Source of the DNA: an uncultured bacterium
GTDB taxonomy: Bacteria > Chloroflexota > UBA5177 > JANWHV01
DNA length: 64,000 nucleotides
Assembly (NCBI GenBank): GCA_963827235.1
Contig: CAWHAE010000010.1
Coordinates: 960,001 to 1,024,000 of the forward strand
Direction of reading: 5' to 3'
This document shows positions 8,620 through 18,702 of the stretch, piece by piece; positions within the stretch are counted from its first letter, which is position 1, and the number at the start of each line of letters is the position of its first letter. Both the position numbers and the translations under genes were made by a program. The notes under the pieces are model-generated. The model did not search any database. It was not told where the DNA came from and saw only the letters and a list, made by a program, of their open reading frames with translations.

Positions 8620-9936
8620 TCACTCGGACGCCACGGCTTCGCGACCCGACCTGTCACGCCCGGCCCTGGTTTTGCCGCCGTTGGCGTGCATCCGCTCCAC
8701 GCTGAGCAGCTCGTCGATCGACCACGGTTGGTCGGTCTCGTGCAGCGGAGGACGGAACAGCTCGTCGAGCATCACGCTGGCCGCTCCTCGAGCCCACATA
8801 ATGTCCTCCGTGGGCTCCGGGTTGACATCCAGCGTGGCGCGCAAGCCGCCGAAGGCTTCTTCCTGGATAGCCTGGCGCATCGGACCCAGTACATACTCGC
8901 TGGCCTCCAGGCCTTCGCCGCTGAACAGCACCAACGAGGGGTCGAGGACGTTGATCAGATTGGCCGCCGCGATGCCGAGCACCGTACCGGCATGGGCGAG
9001 AATGGCCTGGATACGCTCGTCACCGGCGTGCGCCGCCGCCACGAGTGTAGCCAGTGTTGCTCCCCGAAAGCGGACGGGATCCACCGCCTGTGCCTGCCGG
9101 ACCAGTGCGTAATTGGCCACGATCGCTTCCAGGCATCCACGCTTGCCGCAGTGGCAGCGCGGCGCATCGGCGGAGATGTCGATGCGCGAGTGGCCAAACT
9201 CGCCGGCCCCTCCCCATGCGCCGCGGTAAATGGCGCCGTTGGCGACAATGCCGAGTCCAACGCCGTAGCCGACGCCGATGAGGATGAAGTTGGCGACGCC
9301 TCGCCCGTCGCCAAAATGCTGCTTGGCCAGCGTCAGCGCGTTCACGTCGTTGTCCAGTCGCACCGGGAGCCTGAGCCTGAACTCGAGTGCCGGTGCTACC
9401 TCTACATCGCGCCAACCGAACATGGGAGAGTCGATGCACACGCCGCGCGCCGCATCCATGATGCCGGGTAATCCCAGGCCGACCCCCAACACCCGGCGAT
9501 ATGGGACCTTTGCCTTGGTCAGGCAGCTCCTGATCCCGTCGGCGATCACCGGCACCACCTGGTGAGGCTCACCCTTGCTTGTGAAGTCGTGCGGCAGCAT
9601 CGTGGAGTGAATGACGTCACACTTGAGGTCGCAGACCGCGATCACGAGCATCGCATCGTCGAACTTCGTATAGACGCCCACCACGTAGCCTGCGCCGGCG
9701 TTGAGCTCCAGCAGGGTCGGCCGCCGCCCCACGCCGGCGATTTCCGCCGGCCGTTCGCGAACGAGTCCGGCGGCAACGAAGTCACCCACTATCTGGGTGA
9801 TTGCCGCGGCGGTCAGGTTGCTCCGGCGCGCGACGTCCGCACGGGAGATCGGACCCTCTGTAAAGATCAGGTTGAACACGATACTGCGATTCAGATCGCG
9901 CAGCAGCCGGCTCGTACCTGCTCGCGTCGCTACCAT
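8620..9936 (-). CDS. ROK-family transcriptional repressor
   Basis: N-terminal HTH (ISRADVARRSNLT...GRRP), LDNDVNA, GEFGH and CHCGKRGCLE. Confidence 0.95.
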   Translation of the reverse strand: MVATRAGTSRLLRDLNRSIVFNLIFTEGPISRADVARRSNLTAAAITQIVGDFVAAGLVRERPAEIAGVGRRPTLLELNAGAGYVVGVYTKFDDAMLVIAVCDLKCDVIHSTMLPHDFTSKGEPHQVVPVIADGIRSCLTKAKVPYRRVLGVGLGLPGIMDAARGVCIDSPMFGWRDVEVAPALEFRLRLPVRLDNDVNALTLAKQHFGDGRGVANFILIGVGYGVGLGIVANGAIYRGAWGGAGEFGHSRIDISADAPRCHCGKRGCLEAIVANYALVRQAQAVDPVRFRGATLATLVAAAHAGDERIQAILAHAGTVLGIAAANLINVLDPSLVLFSGEGLEASEYVLGPMRQAIQEEAFGGLRATLDVNPEPTEDIMWARGAASVMLDELFRPPLHETDQPWSIDELLSVERMHANGGKTRAGRDRSGREAVASE

Positions 9937-9945
9937 CTGATCCTC

Positions 9946-9970
9946 ATTTAATTCACTGTCTTAATTTATT
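9946..9970. promoter_or_regulatory. Putative ROK operator 1, next to the repressor start
   Basis: Minus-strand AATAAATTAAGACAGTGAATTAAAT. 17/25 identical to the site at 10181-10205. AT-rich quasi-palindrome. Confidence 0.6.
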
Positions 9971-10149
9971 GCGTCTGCCCACTTCCCCGTATGCGCACGC
10001 GAAACCCGCTGCCATCAAGGATGCGCTGCAGTCCGGCCGCCAGTCCTGCGCTGAGCAAGGGCTGCCGGCGTCGGCACCGGCAAACGAGTACGGCCATCGC
10101 CAACAGTTTACCACTCCGGCACCAGTTGACGTACGCTGCAATGCGCGTA

Positions 10150-10178
10150 TTGACAATGTAGTCCGGGGCTGCTAGAGT
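10150..10178 (+). promoter_or_regulatory. Sigma70-type promoter for the sugar ABC operon
   Basis: TTGACA-17 nt-TAGAGT with TG extension. Confidence 0.75.
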
Positions 10179-10180
10179 TG

Positions 10181-10205
10181 AATAACTTAGAGCGTTTAAC
10201 TAAAT
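10181..10205. promoter_or_regulatory. Putative ROK operator 2, overlapping the expected +1
   Basis: AATAACTTAGAGCGTTTAACTAAAT (TTAG-N9-CTAA), immediately downstream of the -10 box. Confidence 0.65.
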
Positions 10206-10452
10206 AGCCGGGGGCGAGACCCGGGGTCGTACTCTCTCGTTTGCGGCGGAGCGCCGGGGTGTCATCTCCGGCAGGAGGGAGGTGCCAAAGCTTCATCCGA
10301 TCGGCAGGCAATTGGCGGCGAGACATAGCGCGAGCGCAGGGCTCCGGCACGCAAGCAAGGTGACGACAGCAGTGCCGGTGACCCGGTGAGACCATCCACG
10401 GAGTCATGTCCCAATGTTGCACTACTCCTTCTCCATGAAAGGGGACGGTTCC

Positions 10453-11784
10453 ATGCAGTCGAAGAAGCCTGGCACTGATAGCGCCGCACAGAGCCTGAAC
10501 AGGCGGGATTTTCTGCGCAGCGCAGCGGTCACGTCTGCCGGCGCAGCGGCGCTGATGTATGGCGATCGCAGCGCCTTTGCACGCAGTGCCGCCGACAGCG
10601 GACCCACCATCGAGTTCCTGTCCGTGCAGACCGCGGGCACCGGCTGGGGTCAGAACCTGAGCGCCATCACGCAGCAGTATGCGAAGACCCACCCCGGCAC
10701 GAAGTGGGTCTTCGACTACGTGCCGCAAACGAACCTCAACCAGAAGGTTCAACTTCTTGCCGCGCAAAAAGCGCTCCCGATTCTCTACAATACGCCGGCT
10801 ATCGACACCTTGACGCAGCTGGAGAAACAGGGCGAAGTTCTGGACCTGGACGCTGCCCTGCATCAGCTCGGTGCCTACAATTCCGTCGTGCCAGCAGCGG
10901 TTTCGCTCATGAAACAGATCTACGGCAACAAGTTTGTCACGTTCCCGTTCGAGCTCAACATCGAAGGCTTCTGGTACAACAAGCAGATCTTCAAGGCGAA
11001 CGGCCTTCAGCCCCCGAAGACATGGGATGACCTGGTCGCGATCGCGGCGGCCCTGAAGGCCAAGGGCATTCAGCCATTCGCGGCCTCGGGTATCCAGGGA
11101 TGGCCGCTTACCCGCCTGATCAGCGGCTACTTGTACCGCACGCTCGGCCCCAGTGCGATGACCAACGTGCAGAGCGGCAAGGCCAAGCTCACGGATCCGG
11201 CCTATGTCGCCGCGGCCCAGGCCGTCGCGGACCTCGGCTCGAAGGGTTACTTCGGTGTCGGTGTGTCCACACTGGACTACACACCGGCCGAGACGCTGTT
11301 CCTGACCGGTAAAGCGGGCATGTTCTACATGGGCAGCTGGGTGCTGGCCGACCTTGCCTCCGCCAAGACCGACCTGGTCGGCGAGAGCAATATCGGCTTC
11401 TTCCACTTCCCCAACGTCAAGGGTGGCAAGGGAGATTCCAGCCAGACGCCGATGAACGGCGGCCAGACGAGCTCCGTGAACAAGCTGAAGTACACGCCGG
11501 CTGTCGGCGACTGGCTCAAGTACATGGTGCAGAACTACGGCGACACAGCGCTTGACCTGCAGGGCCAGGTCACCGGGTTTGCCGTGACACGTCCTCATCC
11601 GAACCTGGCCCCGCTGACCAATCTCGTCATCCACGAGGTTGCTCAGGTCAAGCAGCCGGTGCTCTGGTTTGAGGCGGAGTTCTCGGCGAAGGCCACTACC
11701 CTTGCGCAGCAGGATGCAACGCCGCTGGTCACGGGCGCCATGTCTGCCGGCGACTTCATGTCGGCGGTTCAAGCAGCGCTCTAG
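10453..11784 (+). CDS. Sugar ABC transporter substrate-binding protein (Tat signal)
   Basis: NRRDFL twin-arginine motif. FWYNKQIF...PKTWDDL and FLTGKAGMFYMGSW (CUT1 SBP). Confidence 0.93.
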   Translation: MQSKKPGTDSAAQSLNRRDFLRSAAVTSAGAAALMYGDRSAFARSAADSGPTIEFLSVQTAGTGWGQNLSAITQQYAKTHPGTKWVFDYVPQTNLNQKVQLLAAQKALPILYNTPAIDTLTQLEKQGEVLDLDAALHQLGAYNSVVPAAVSLMKQIYGNKFVTFPFELNIEGFWYNKQIFKANGLQPPKTWDDLVAIAAALKAKGIQPFAASGIQGWPLTRLISGYLYRTLGPSAMTNVQSGKAKLTDPAYVAAAQAVADLGSKGYFGVGVSTLDYTPAETLFLTGKAGMFYMGSWVLADLASAKTDLVGESNIGFFHFPNVKGGKGDSSQTPMNGGQTSSVNKLKYTPAVGDWLKYMVQNYGDTALDLQGQVTGFAVTRPHPNLAPLTNLVIHEVAQVKQPVLWFEAEFSAKATTLAQQDATPLVTGAMSAGDFMSAVQAAL

Positions 11785-12070
11785 CTTCTTCCTGGCCACG
11801 CCGGGCGGCACGAAGGCTGCAACCACAGCGGCCCGCAACAGTCGTACCGCCCGGACAGTGGCCGGTACGCACGCCCGGGTGAGCGCCGGCATGAGTGCTC
11901 GCGCATGACCTTGCCCTTCTCGCGCCGGCGCGCGGGACGGCTGAACGTCGAGCATGCGCCGGCTACCTCTCCAGGCTCCAAACCGTATCGACCGCGTCAT
12001 ATGCTATGCAACAGGTCACGCAGAGGTTCGACGTCTACACCACACCTTCGGGTCAGGGGAGCGAGGACGC

Positions 12071-12979
12071 ATGACAGGCTCGAAAAGCTCCAGATTGATT
12101 TCACCGCTGCAGAATCGTGCGGCGATCGTGGTTTTCGTGGCACCTGCCTTGCTCGCCTACACGCTGGTCGTACTGATCCCGGTGGTGTGGTCGCTGGTTT
12201 ACACCGTATTTGAAGGTAATGCCATTGAGGGATTCCACTTCGTCGGCGGGAACAACTACAGCGAGCTCTTCAAGGACAGTGCTTTCTGGACGGCGGCGCG
12301 CTTCACGCTGAAATACGCGATTGCGGTGACCATAGGCCAGGTAGTGCTTGGCTTGCTGCTGGCGCTGCTGTACTTCTTCTATCTGCGCAAGACCTCCGTG
12401 ATCGTCCGCACCCTGGTCTTCTTTCCGGTGGTGTTGCCCACGGTGGCAGTCTCGCAGATGTTCTCCAAGATCGTGGCAATTGCGCCGCAGTACGGTCTGG
12501 TCAACGCGCTGCTCAGCGCAGTGCACCTGGATAGCTGGATTCAGCCATGGCTGGGGCAGGCCGGTTCAGCCTTCTGGGTGATAGTGATCATGGACATCTG
12601 GCGCTCGATGGGTTTCTACGCCGTCCTGCTCTATGCCGGCCTCGTGGACGTTCCCAATGAGATAATCGAGAGCGCGCGGGTGGACGGCGCGACAGGCACG
12701 CGCATCGTCCGGCACATCGTGCTGCCACTCATCGCGCCCATCCTCTTCTCATCGTTCATCTTCAGCATCAACGGCACGCTCAAGGTGTTCGACACCGTCC
12801 TGGCCCTGACCGGAGGCGGGCCAGGGCAGGCGACGACGCCGCTCACCCTCTACATGTACAACAACGCCTTTACGTACGGTGACTACGGCTATGGCAGCAC
12901 CGTCGCCACCGCGCTCACCGTCGTGTGTCTCATCGTCACACTGGTCATCTTCAGGTCTGCTCGCCGCGACGTAGCCTAG
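12071..12979 (+). CDS. Carbohydrate ABC transporter permease (MalF-type)
   Basis: EAA loop ESARVDGA and LTGGGPG motif. Confidence 0.93.
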   Translation: MTGSKSSRLISPLQNRAAIVVFVAPALLAYTLVVLIPVVWSLVYTVFEGNAIEGFHFVGGNNYSELFKDSAFWTAARFTLKYAIAVTIGQVVLGLLLALLYFFYLRKTSVIVRTLVFFPVVLPTVAVSQMFSKIVAIAPQYGLVNALLSAVHLDSWIQPWLGQAGSAFWVIVIMDIWRSMGFYAVLLYAGLVDVPNEIIESARVDGATGTRIVRHIVLPLIAPILFSSFIFSINGTLKVFDTVLALTGGGPGQATTPLTLYMYNNAFTYGDYGYGSTVATALTVVCLIVTLVIFRSARRDVA

Positions 12980-12994
12980 CCAAAGGGGAGAACG

Positions 12995-13904
12995 GTGAAT
13001 CGCATACCCGCAGGCTTGCAGAATCGCTCGGGGACGTTCGCGCACGACGAGCGAGCACGGCGCGACATGACTCTCACGCATCGGCTCAGTCGGGTCCCGC
13101 TACTCCTTGCCATCGCAGTGCTCCTCATCGTCGTGATCTACCCGCTCATCTGGCTGTTCCTGTCGTCACTGAAGACGGACACAGAGTTCACGTTGCGACC
13201 GCTGTACGCGCTGCCCCAGGGGCTGGATTGGCAGAACTACGTCGATGCCCTCACGACCGGCAACCTGGGTACGTATTTCCTGAACAGCGTTCTGACCGTG
13301 TTCCCCTCGCTGTTCATGATTCTGCTGCTGAGTGTGTGTGCAGGGTTCGGGCTGCAGGTCATGATCTGGCGGGGACGAAACTTAGTCCTGCTCGTGTTCC
13401 TCGCGGGCATCATGGTCCCCCTGCAGATGGTGCTGCTGCCTCTGTTCACCATCTATTTCCATGTTAATCTGATCGATACGCGGTGGTCGCTGATCGTCAC
13501 CTACACCGGCTTCGGCTTGCCGCTGTCGGTCTTCCTGATGGCCGGCTTTTTCAAGTCGCTCTCCAGGGAGATGATCGAGGCGGCGACCATGGACGGCGCC
13601 GGCATCTACCAGATCTTCTTCCGCATCGCCGTGCCGTTGGCGGCAAACGGACTGGCCACGATCGGCCTCGTACAGTTCTTCTTCCTGTGGAATGACCTGC
13701 TGTTCTCCCTGACCTTCATCACCAGTGATAGCATGCGCACCATTCAAACCGGTTTGTATGCCTTCACCGGCCAGTATGGTGCCGATCTCCTGGGGGCCGA
13801 CCTTCGCGGCGGTGTGTCTTGCGGTGTTTCCTACCCTCATGCTCTATCTCGTGCTCAATCAGCGTGTAATGAAGGGACTGGCGGCGGGCTCGCTCAAAGG
13901 CTGA
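12995..13904 (+). CDS. Carbohydrate ABC transporter permease (MalG-type), frameshift near 13780
   Basis: EAATMDGA and FLWNDLL. The expected C-terminus WGPTFAAVCLAVFPTLMLYLVLNQRVMKGLAAGSLKG* is in another frame, ending at 13904. Confidence 0.9.
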
Positions 13905-13986
13905 AGGCAATGACTTGCACGACCGCGAGGAGCTCGACTCCTGAGCCGCCGTACCCTGTTGCGCCAGCGGACTGAAGGAGGGTCAG

Positions 13987-14847
13987 ATGGCAATGACGGC
14001 AGACGACGTTCTGGACGCCGAGGGACACGAGGCTCCGACAATTGCGCTCTGGCTGAACGGAGCGCCCGGTACCGAGAGATGGTCGCAGCGAGAGCAGGTA
14101 ACCTTTGCTCCACCGCCGCTCGGCTTTCGGCAGGTGCGAAACGTAGTCAACCCATCGCTCACAGCGTTCTTGCCGCGTCCTGACCGGGCCACCGGGTCAG
14201 CCGCCATCGTCTGCCCCGGCGGCGCGTTTCACGCACTGGCGATCGACCACGAAGGCCACGATGTAGCGCGCTGGCTGCAGGAGCGCGGCGTGGCGGCATT
14301 CGTGCTCAAGTACCGCCTCGCCCCCACCGACGTCGCGGACGCGGACTTCGAGCAGTACATTCAGCAACTCCTCCAGGATCGCGCGGCTATCGCGAGAGCG
14401 ACCGAGGGAATCGTCCCTCTTGCCGTCGCGGATGGGCGACAGGCCGTCAAGGTGGTCCGCGAGCGGGCGGCAGAGTGGAACATCCATGCCGACCGAATCG
14501 GCATGGTAGGCTTCTCGGCCGGCGCGCACGTGACCGCCGGCGTGGCCCTGGACCACGACGCGGAGAGTCGACCGAGCTTCGCCGCGCCCATCTATGGCGC
14601 CCTGTGGGAACGAGTGAGGGTGCCCGAAGACGCGCCACCGCTGTTCGTCGCCGTCGCCGCGGATGACGCACTCGCGAGGGACGACAGCCTGGCGCTGTAC
14701 GCGGCGTGGAGCGCCGCCGGCAAGTCCGCCGAGCTGCACATCTACACTCGCGGTGGTCACGGTTTCGGCATGAGAGCGCAGGGCCTGACCAGCGACCGCT
14801 GGATCGATCAGCTCGGCGCCTGGATCGATCAGCAGATGCGCGGCTAA
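13987..14847 (+). CDS. Alpha/beta hydrolase (putative carbohydrate esterase)
   Basis: CPGGAF, nucleophile GFSAG and C-terminal GGHGFG. Confidence 0.88.
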   Translation: MAMTADDVLDAEGHEAPTIALWLNGAPGTERWSQREQVTFAPPPLGFRQVRNVVNPSLTAFLPRPDRATGSAAIVCPGGAFHALAIDHEGHDVARWLQERGVAAFVLKYRLAPTDVADADFEQYIQQLLQDRAAIARATEGIVPLAVADGRQAVKVVRERAAEWNIHADRIGMVGFSAGAHVTAGVALDHDAESRPSFAAPIYGALWERVRVPEDAPPLFVAVAADDALARDDSLALYAAWSAAGKSAELHIYTRGGHGFGMRAQGLTSDRWIDQLGAWIDQQMRG

Positions 14848-14901
14848 TCGCGCAGCGGACGGCACCCCTGAATTGCACAACACCAGACCCAAGGAGACTC
14901 C

Positions 14902-17755
14902 ATGACACGCGATCATACGACATCCGCCGATCCGCGGTCGGTCGGCGCGACGGTAGACAGGATGCAGATCGAGCATCTGCGCGAGGCGATCGGTATCGGC
15001 AGCGCCCGCCCGCGCCTGTCGTGGACGGTGGCGACGACGGCTCCCGGTTGGTACCAGTCGGCTTATGCCATCGAGGCGTACGGTCCGAGCGGCGAGCAGC
15101 GCGGACAGACAGGACGGGTGGAGTCCGATCAGTCCGTGCTGGTGCCCTGGCCGTTCGCCCCTCTTTCGTCCCGCGAGCGGTGTATGGTGCGCGTGAAGGT
15201 CTGGGACCGGGAGGGACGAGCATCAACTTGGAGCGAGCCCGCGGCCGTGGAGGCAGGTCTGCTGGAGGCCAAGGACTGGACGGCGCGATTCGTGACGCCG
15301 GACTGGGACGAAGATACGATCCCGCCCACAGCCCTGTCCGCTGCTGCGCCGCGAGTTTCACCTCCGCGCAGCGGTTCGAAAGGCACGACTGTACGTGACC
15401 GCGCTTGGCGTCTACGAAGCGCAGATCAACGGACATACGGTCGGCGACCACGTGCTCGCGCCGGGCTGGACGAGCTACCGTCACCGCCTGCGCTACCAGA
15501 CGTTCGACGTCACGTCGCTGCTGCAAGAGGGAGCCAACGCGATTGGCGTCATGGCCGGCGATGGTTGGTATCGCGGCCGGCTGGGTTTCGGCGGCGGCAC
15601 CCGCAACCTGCTATGGCGATCGACTTGCACTGCTCGCCCAGGTGGAAGTCGAGTACGAGGACGGCACGCGCGAGTGTGGTCGACACTGACGAGTGCTGGC
15701 GCGCAGCCACGGGACCGATCCTGGCGAGCCGACCTCTACGACGGCGAGATCTACGATGCCCGTCTCGAGAAGTGCGGCTGGTCGTCGCCCGGCTACGACG
15801 ACCGTGAGTGGCACGGCGTGGTAGAGATCGAGCAGGACTTCGGCATCCTCGTCGCCCCCAGCGGGCCGCCTGTGCGGCGGGCCCAGCGCGTGGCGCCCGG
15901 AAAGCGATCAGCCGCTCGCCCTCCGGAGAGGTCATCCTCGACTTCGGCCAGAACCTGGTGGGGCGGTTGCGCTTCACCGTCCGTGGCCGAGCCGGACAAA
16001 CGGTCACTCTGCGCCATGCCGAGGTGCTGCAGGACGGCGAGCTGTGTACTCGCCCGTTGCGGACCGCGCGGGCCACGGACTGCTACACGCTGCGCGGCGA
16101 CGAAGTCGAGACCTGGGAGCCGCGCTTCACCTACCACGGTTTCCGCTATGCGGAGATCGCCGGCTGGCCGGGCGAGCTGCATGCCGGCCGACGTGGAAGC
16201 GGTCGTATGCCACACGGACCTCGAGCGTACAGGGTGGTTCGAGTGCTCCGACCCGCTGGTCAATCGCCTGCACGAGAACGTCGTGTGGAGCATGCGGGGC
16301 AACTTCCTCGATCTCCCCACCGATTGCCCGCAGCGCGACGAGCGGCTGGGATGGACCGGCGACATCCAGGTGTTCGCCCCGGCCGCTTCGTTCCTGTTCC
16401 AGACGCGCCGGCTTCCTGGCCTCATGGCTCGCGGACCTTGCCGCCGAGCAGCGGGAGCTGGGCGTGGTACCCCTTGTCGTGCCCAATACCCTGGGTTCGT
16501 CGACGCCGCCAGCAGCGGCCTGGGGCGATGCCGCGGTCATCGTGCCCTGGGTGCTATATCAGCGGTACGGCGATGCCGAATTGCTCGCAACGCCAGTACG
16601 CCAGCATGCGCGTCTGGGTCGACTTGATCGATCAGACGGCCGGCCGGTCAGCACCTCTGGGACACGGGCTTCCAGTTCGGCGACTGGCTTGATCCGGCCG
16701 CGCCGCCGGACAACGCGGAGGCGGCGCGCACCGACTCCGCGATCGTCGCTACCGCCTACCTGGCGCATTCCGCCGAGCTACTGGGACGCGCGGCCGGCGT
16801 CCTCGGCCGTGCCGAGGACGAGCACCACTACCTGACGCTGGCCGGCGAGGTCAGACAGGCGTTCCGCGACGAGTATGTGACGCCGGCCGGGCGCCTGGTC
16901 AGCGACGCGGAAACCGCCTATGCACTGGCACTGCAATTCGGCCTGCTCGACGACACGCGGCAGCGCCAGCTAGCCGGGGCGCGCCTGGCCGCCATCGTAC
17001 GCGAGCGCGGCTATCGCATCGGCACCGGATTCGTCGGCACGCCGCTGATCTGCGACGCACTGTGCAGCGCCGGAGAGGTCGAGACCGCCTATCGCCTGCT
17101 TCTGCAGCGGCGCTGTCCGTCCTGGCTCTATCCCGTCACCATGGGAGCCACCACGATCTGGGAGCGCTGGGACAGCATGCGTCCGGACGGCACGGTCAAC
17201 CCGGGCGAGATGACGTCGTTCAATCACTACGCCCTGGGCGCCGTGGTGGACTGGCTGCATCGCCGGGTGGCCGGACTTGGGCAGGCGTCCCCGGCCTATC
17301 GGATATTGGAAATCCATCCCCTTCCGGGCTGCGGCCTGACCTCCGCGCGGGCGCGGCTTCGCACGCCCTACGGTATCGCCGAGTCTGGGTGGGCTTGGGA
17401 CGCCGGCACGCTGACCGTCTCGATCGCGGTACCGCCTGGCACGACGGCGCGAGTGTCCCTACCAGGGCAAGACGGCGATCCCGTGGAGGTGGATTCGGGA
17501 CACCATAACTGGGCCTACCGGTATGACCTGCCCACGCTGCCGGAGAGCGATCCGTCGGACAAGCTGGACGACGTGCTCAGCGGTCGTGAGCTGCCGAACG
17601 CTCTGAAGGCGTTCTTCGACGACCTGGCCCCGGCGGCGGCGCCCCGGCTGACGGCGAACGCCGTGATGCGCTCGGGGAAAGGCATGACTTTGCGTCAGGT
17701 CATTGCCTCGCTGCCGGAGGGTGAAGCGCTGCTTCGACAGATGATGCCGAGCTGA
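14902..17755 (+). pseudogene. Alpha-L-rhamnosidase (GH78), broken by many frameshifts
   Basis: Collinear fragments in alternating frames: PRLSW, TALGVYE..LAPGWT, DFGQNLVG, PRFTYHGFRY, PTDCPQRDERLGWTGD, AAAWGDA, GATTIWERWDS, SFNHYALGAV. The breaks may be assembly errors. Confidence 0.85.
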
Positions 17756-17808
17756 GAGGCGCCGGCGGCTGACTCGCCGTCGGGCACGCGGAGCGGCTCG
17801 GCCTGGCT

Positions 17809-18011
17809 GACCTGCCACATATGTTCGGGCAGCGCTATCGCGCCGGCACCTGACAGGCACAGTACGCGGAAGTGGCATCGTCCTGTCTGCCATCCGGCAT
17901 ATCGCTCAGAGCCATGGCGGCACCGTCGCGCTGGACAGCGTGGAAGGCGTGGGCACGACCGTGACCATGCGCTTGCCGCTGGGCCGGGAGCCCGAGCAGA
18001 GCGGCGCATAG
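17809..18011 (+). pseudogene. Remnant of a histidine-kinase ATPase domain
   Basis: DLPHMFGQRYR (F-box-like), then in a shifted frame GSGIVLSAIRHIAQSHGGTVALDSVEGVGTTVTMRLP. Confidence 0.7.
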
Positions 18012-18114
18012 CCCGGATCGGCTATTGAGCAGAAGCACCATGATCAGGCATTGATGATAGTGGCGCGCGAATCGGTGCGACTCTCCCAACGACCCGCCAA
18101 AGGATCGGACGACG

Positions 18115-18312
18115 ATGCCTCCTCAACCCATCCACACTCTCTACTGCAGTATCCACGACTCGTTCCGCGCGCTGCTCGATCAGCGCCAGCGCGGCGAGTT
18201 GGTAAACAACCTGGAGCTGACCCGGCTTGCCATGCAAACCGCGTCGATCCGCACGCAGTTCGACACGCGCCGCGAACGAGCCGACGATAGCCGGCGATCC
18301 CTCGCAGAATGA
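18115..18312 (+). CDS. Hypothetical small helical protein, 65 aa
   Basis: GC3-biased codons and a weak upstream AAAGGA. No family recognised. Confidence 0.4.
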   Translation: MPPQPIHTLYCSIHDSFRALLDQRQRGELVNNLELTRLAMQTASIRTQFDTRRERADDSRRSLAE

Positions 18313-18381
18313 GCGGCGGACGGTGCGCCGGGCGGCTCGAAGCCCTACCCAAGCAGCGAGCTACTGCCTGTCCGGCATGCC

Positions 18382-18564
18382 ATGCCTATGACCGCCTACA
18401 GGACCGCCCTGGGCAAGATCGTGCAATGGAATCCCAATCTAGCGCAGTACATTCTCGCCACCAAGAGCAACGGCCAGGGCCTGCAAGTGGTGCACGGTAG
18501 CTCGTCCGGCACCGTGTCCACGTACACGATCACCGTTGCCGGCACTGCCACGCCGACCAGGTAG
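18382..18564 (+). pseudogene. Probable C-terminal fragment of a secreted protein
   Basis: Strong coding-type codon bias and a Ser/Thr-rich end (TVSTYTITVAGTATPTR). No RBS or signal peptide. Confidence 0.35.
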
Positions 18565-18702
18565 CGGCGGCTTTGGCAACCGGCGCGGCGCTGCCACGGT
18601 ACCGTCTGGCTATTTCGCATGAGAACCGGGATCAGCTAGAGTAGAGGATGAGCGCGGCGGGTCAATCCGCCTATTCAGACAAGGCAAAGGTGGCCCTCTC
18701 CC

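Noticed and set aside
11790-11975. Long imperfect hairpins after the SBP gene as an ncRNA
   Set aside because: Stem-loops between SBP and permease genes are a common mRNA-stabilising feature.
10108-12000. 630-aa minus-strand ORF, and similar long antisense ORFs such as 37951-39837 and 45820-47529
   Set aside because: Antisense shadows of well-supported genes in high-GC DNA, with no motifs.
10453-13904. Sugar ABC operon lacking an ATPase gene
   Set aside because: CUT1 systems in monoderm bacteria often share an MsmX/MsiK-type ATPase encoded elsewhere.
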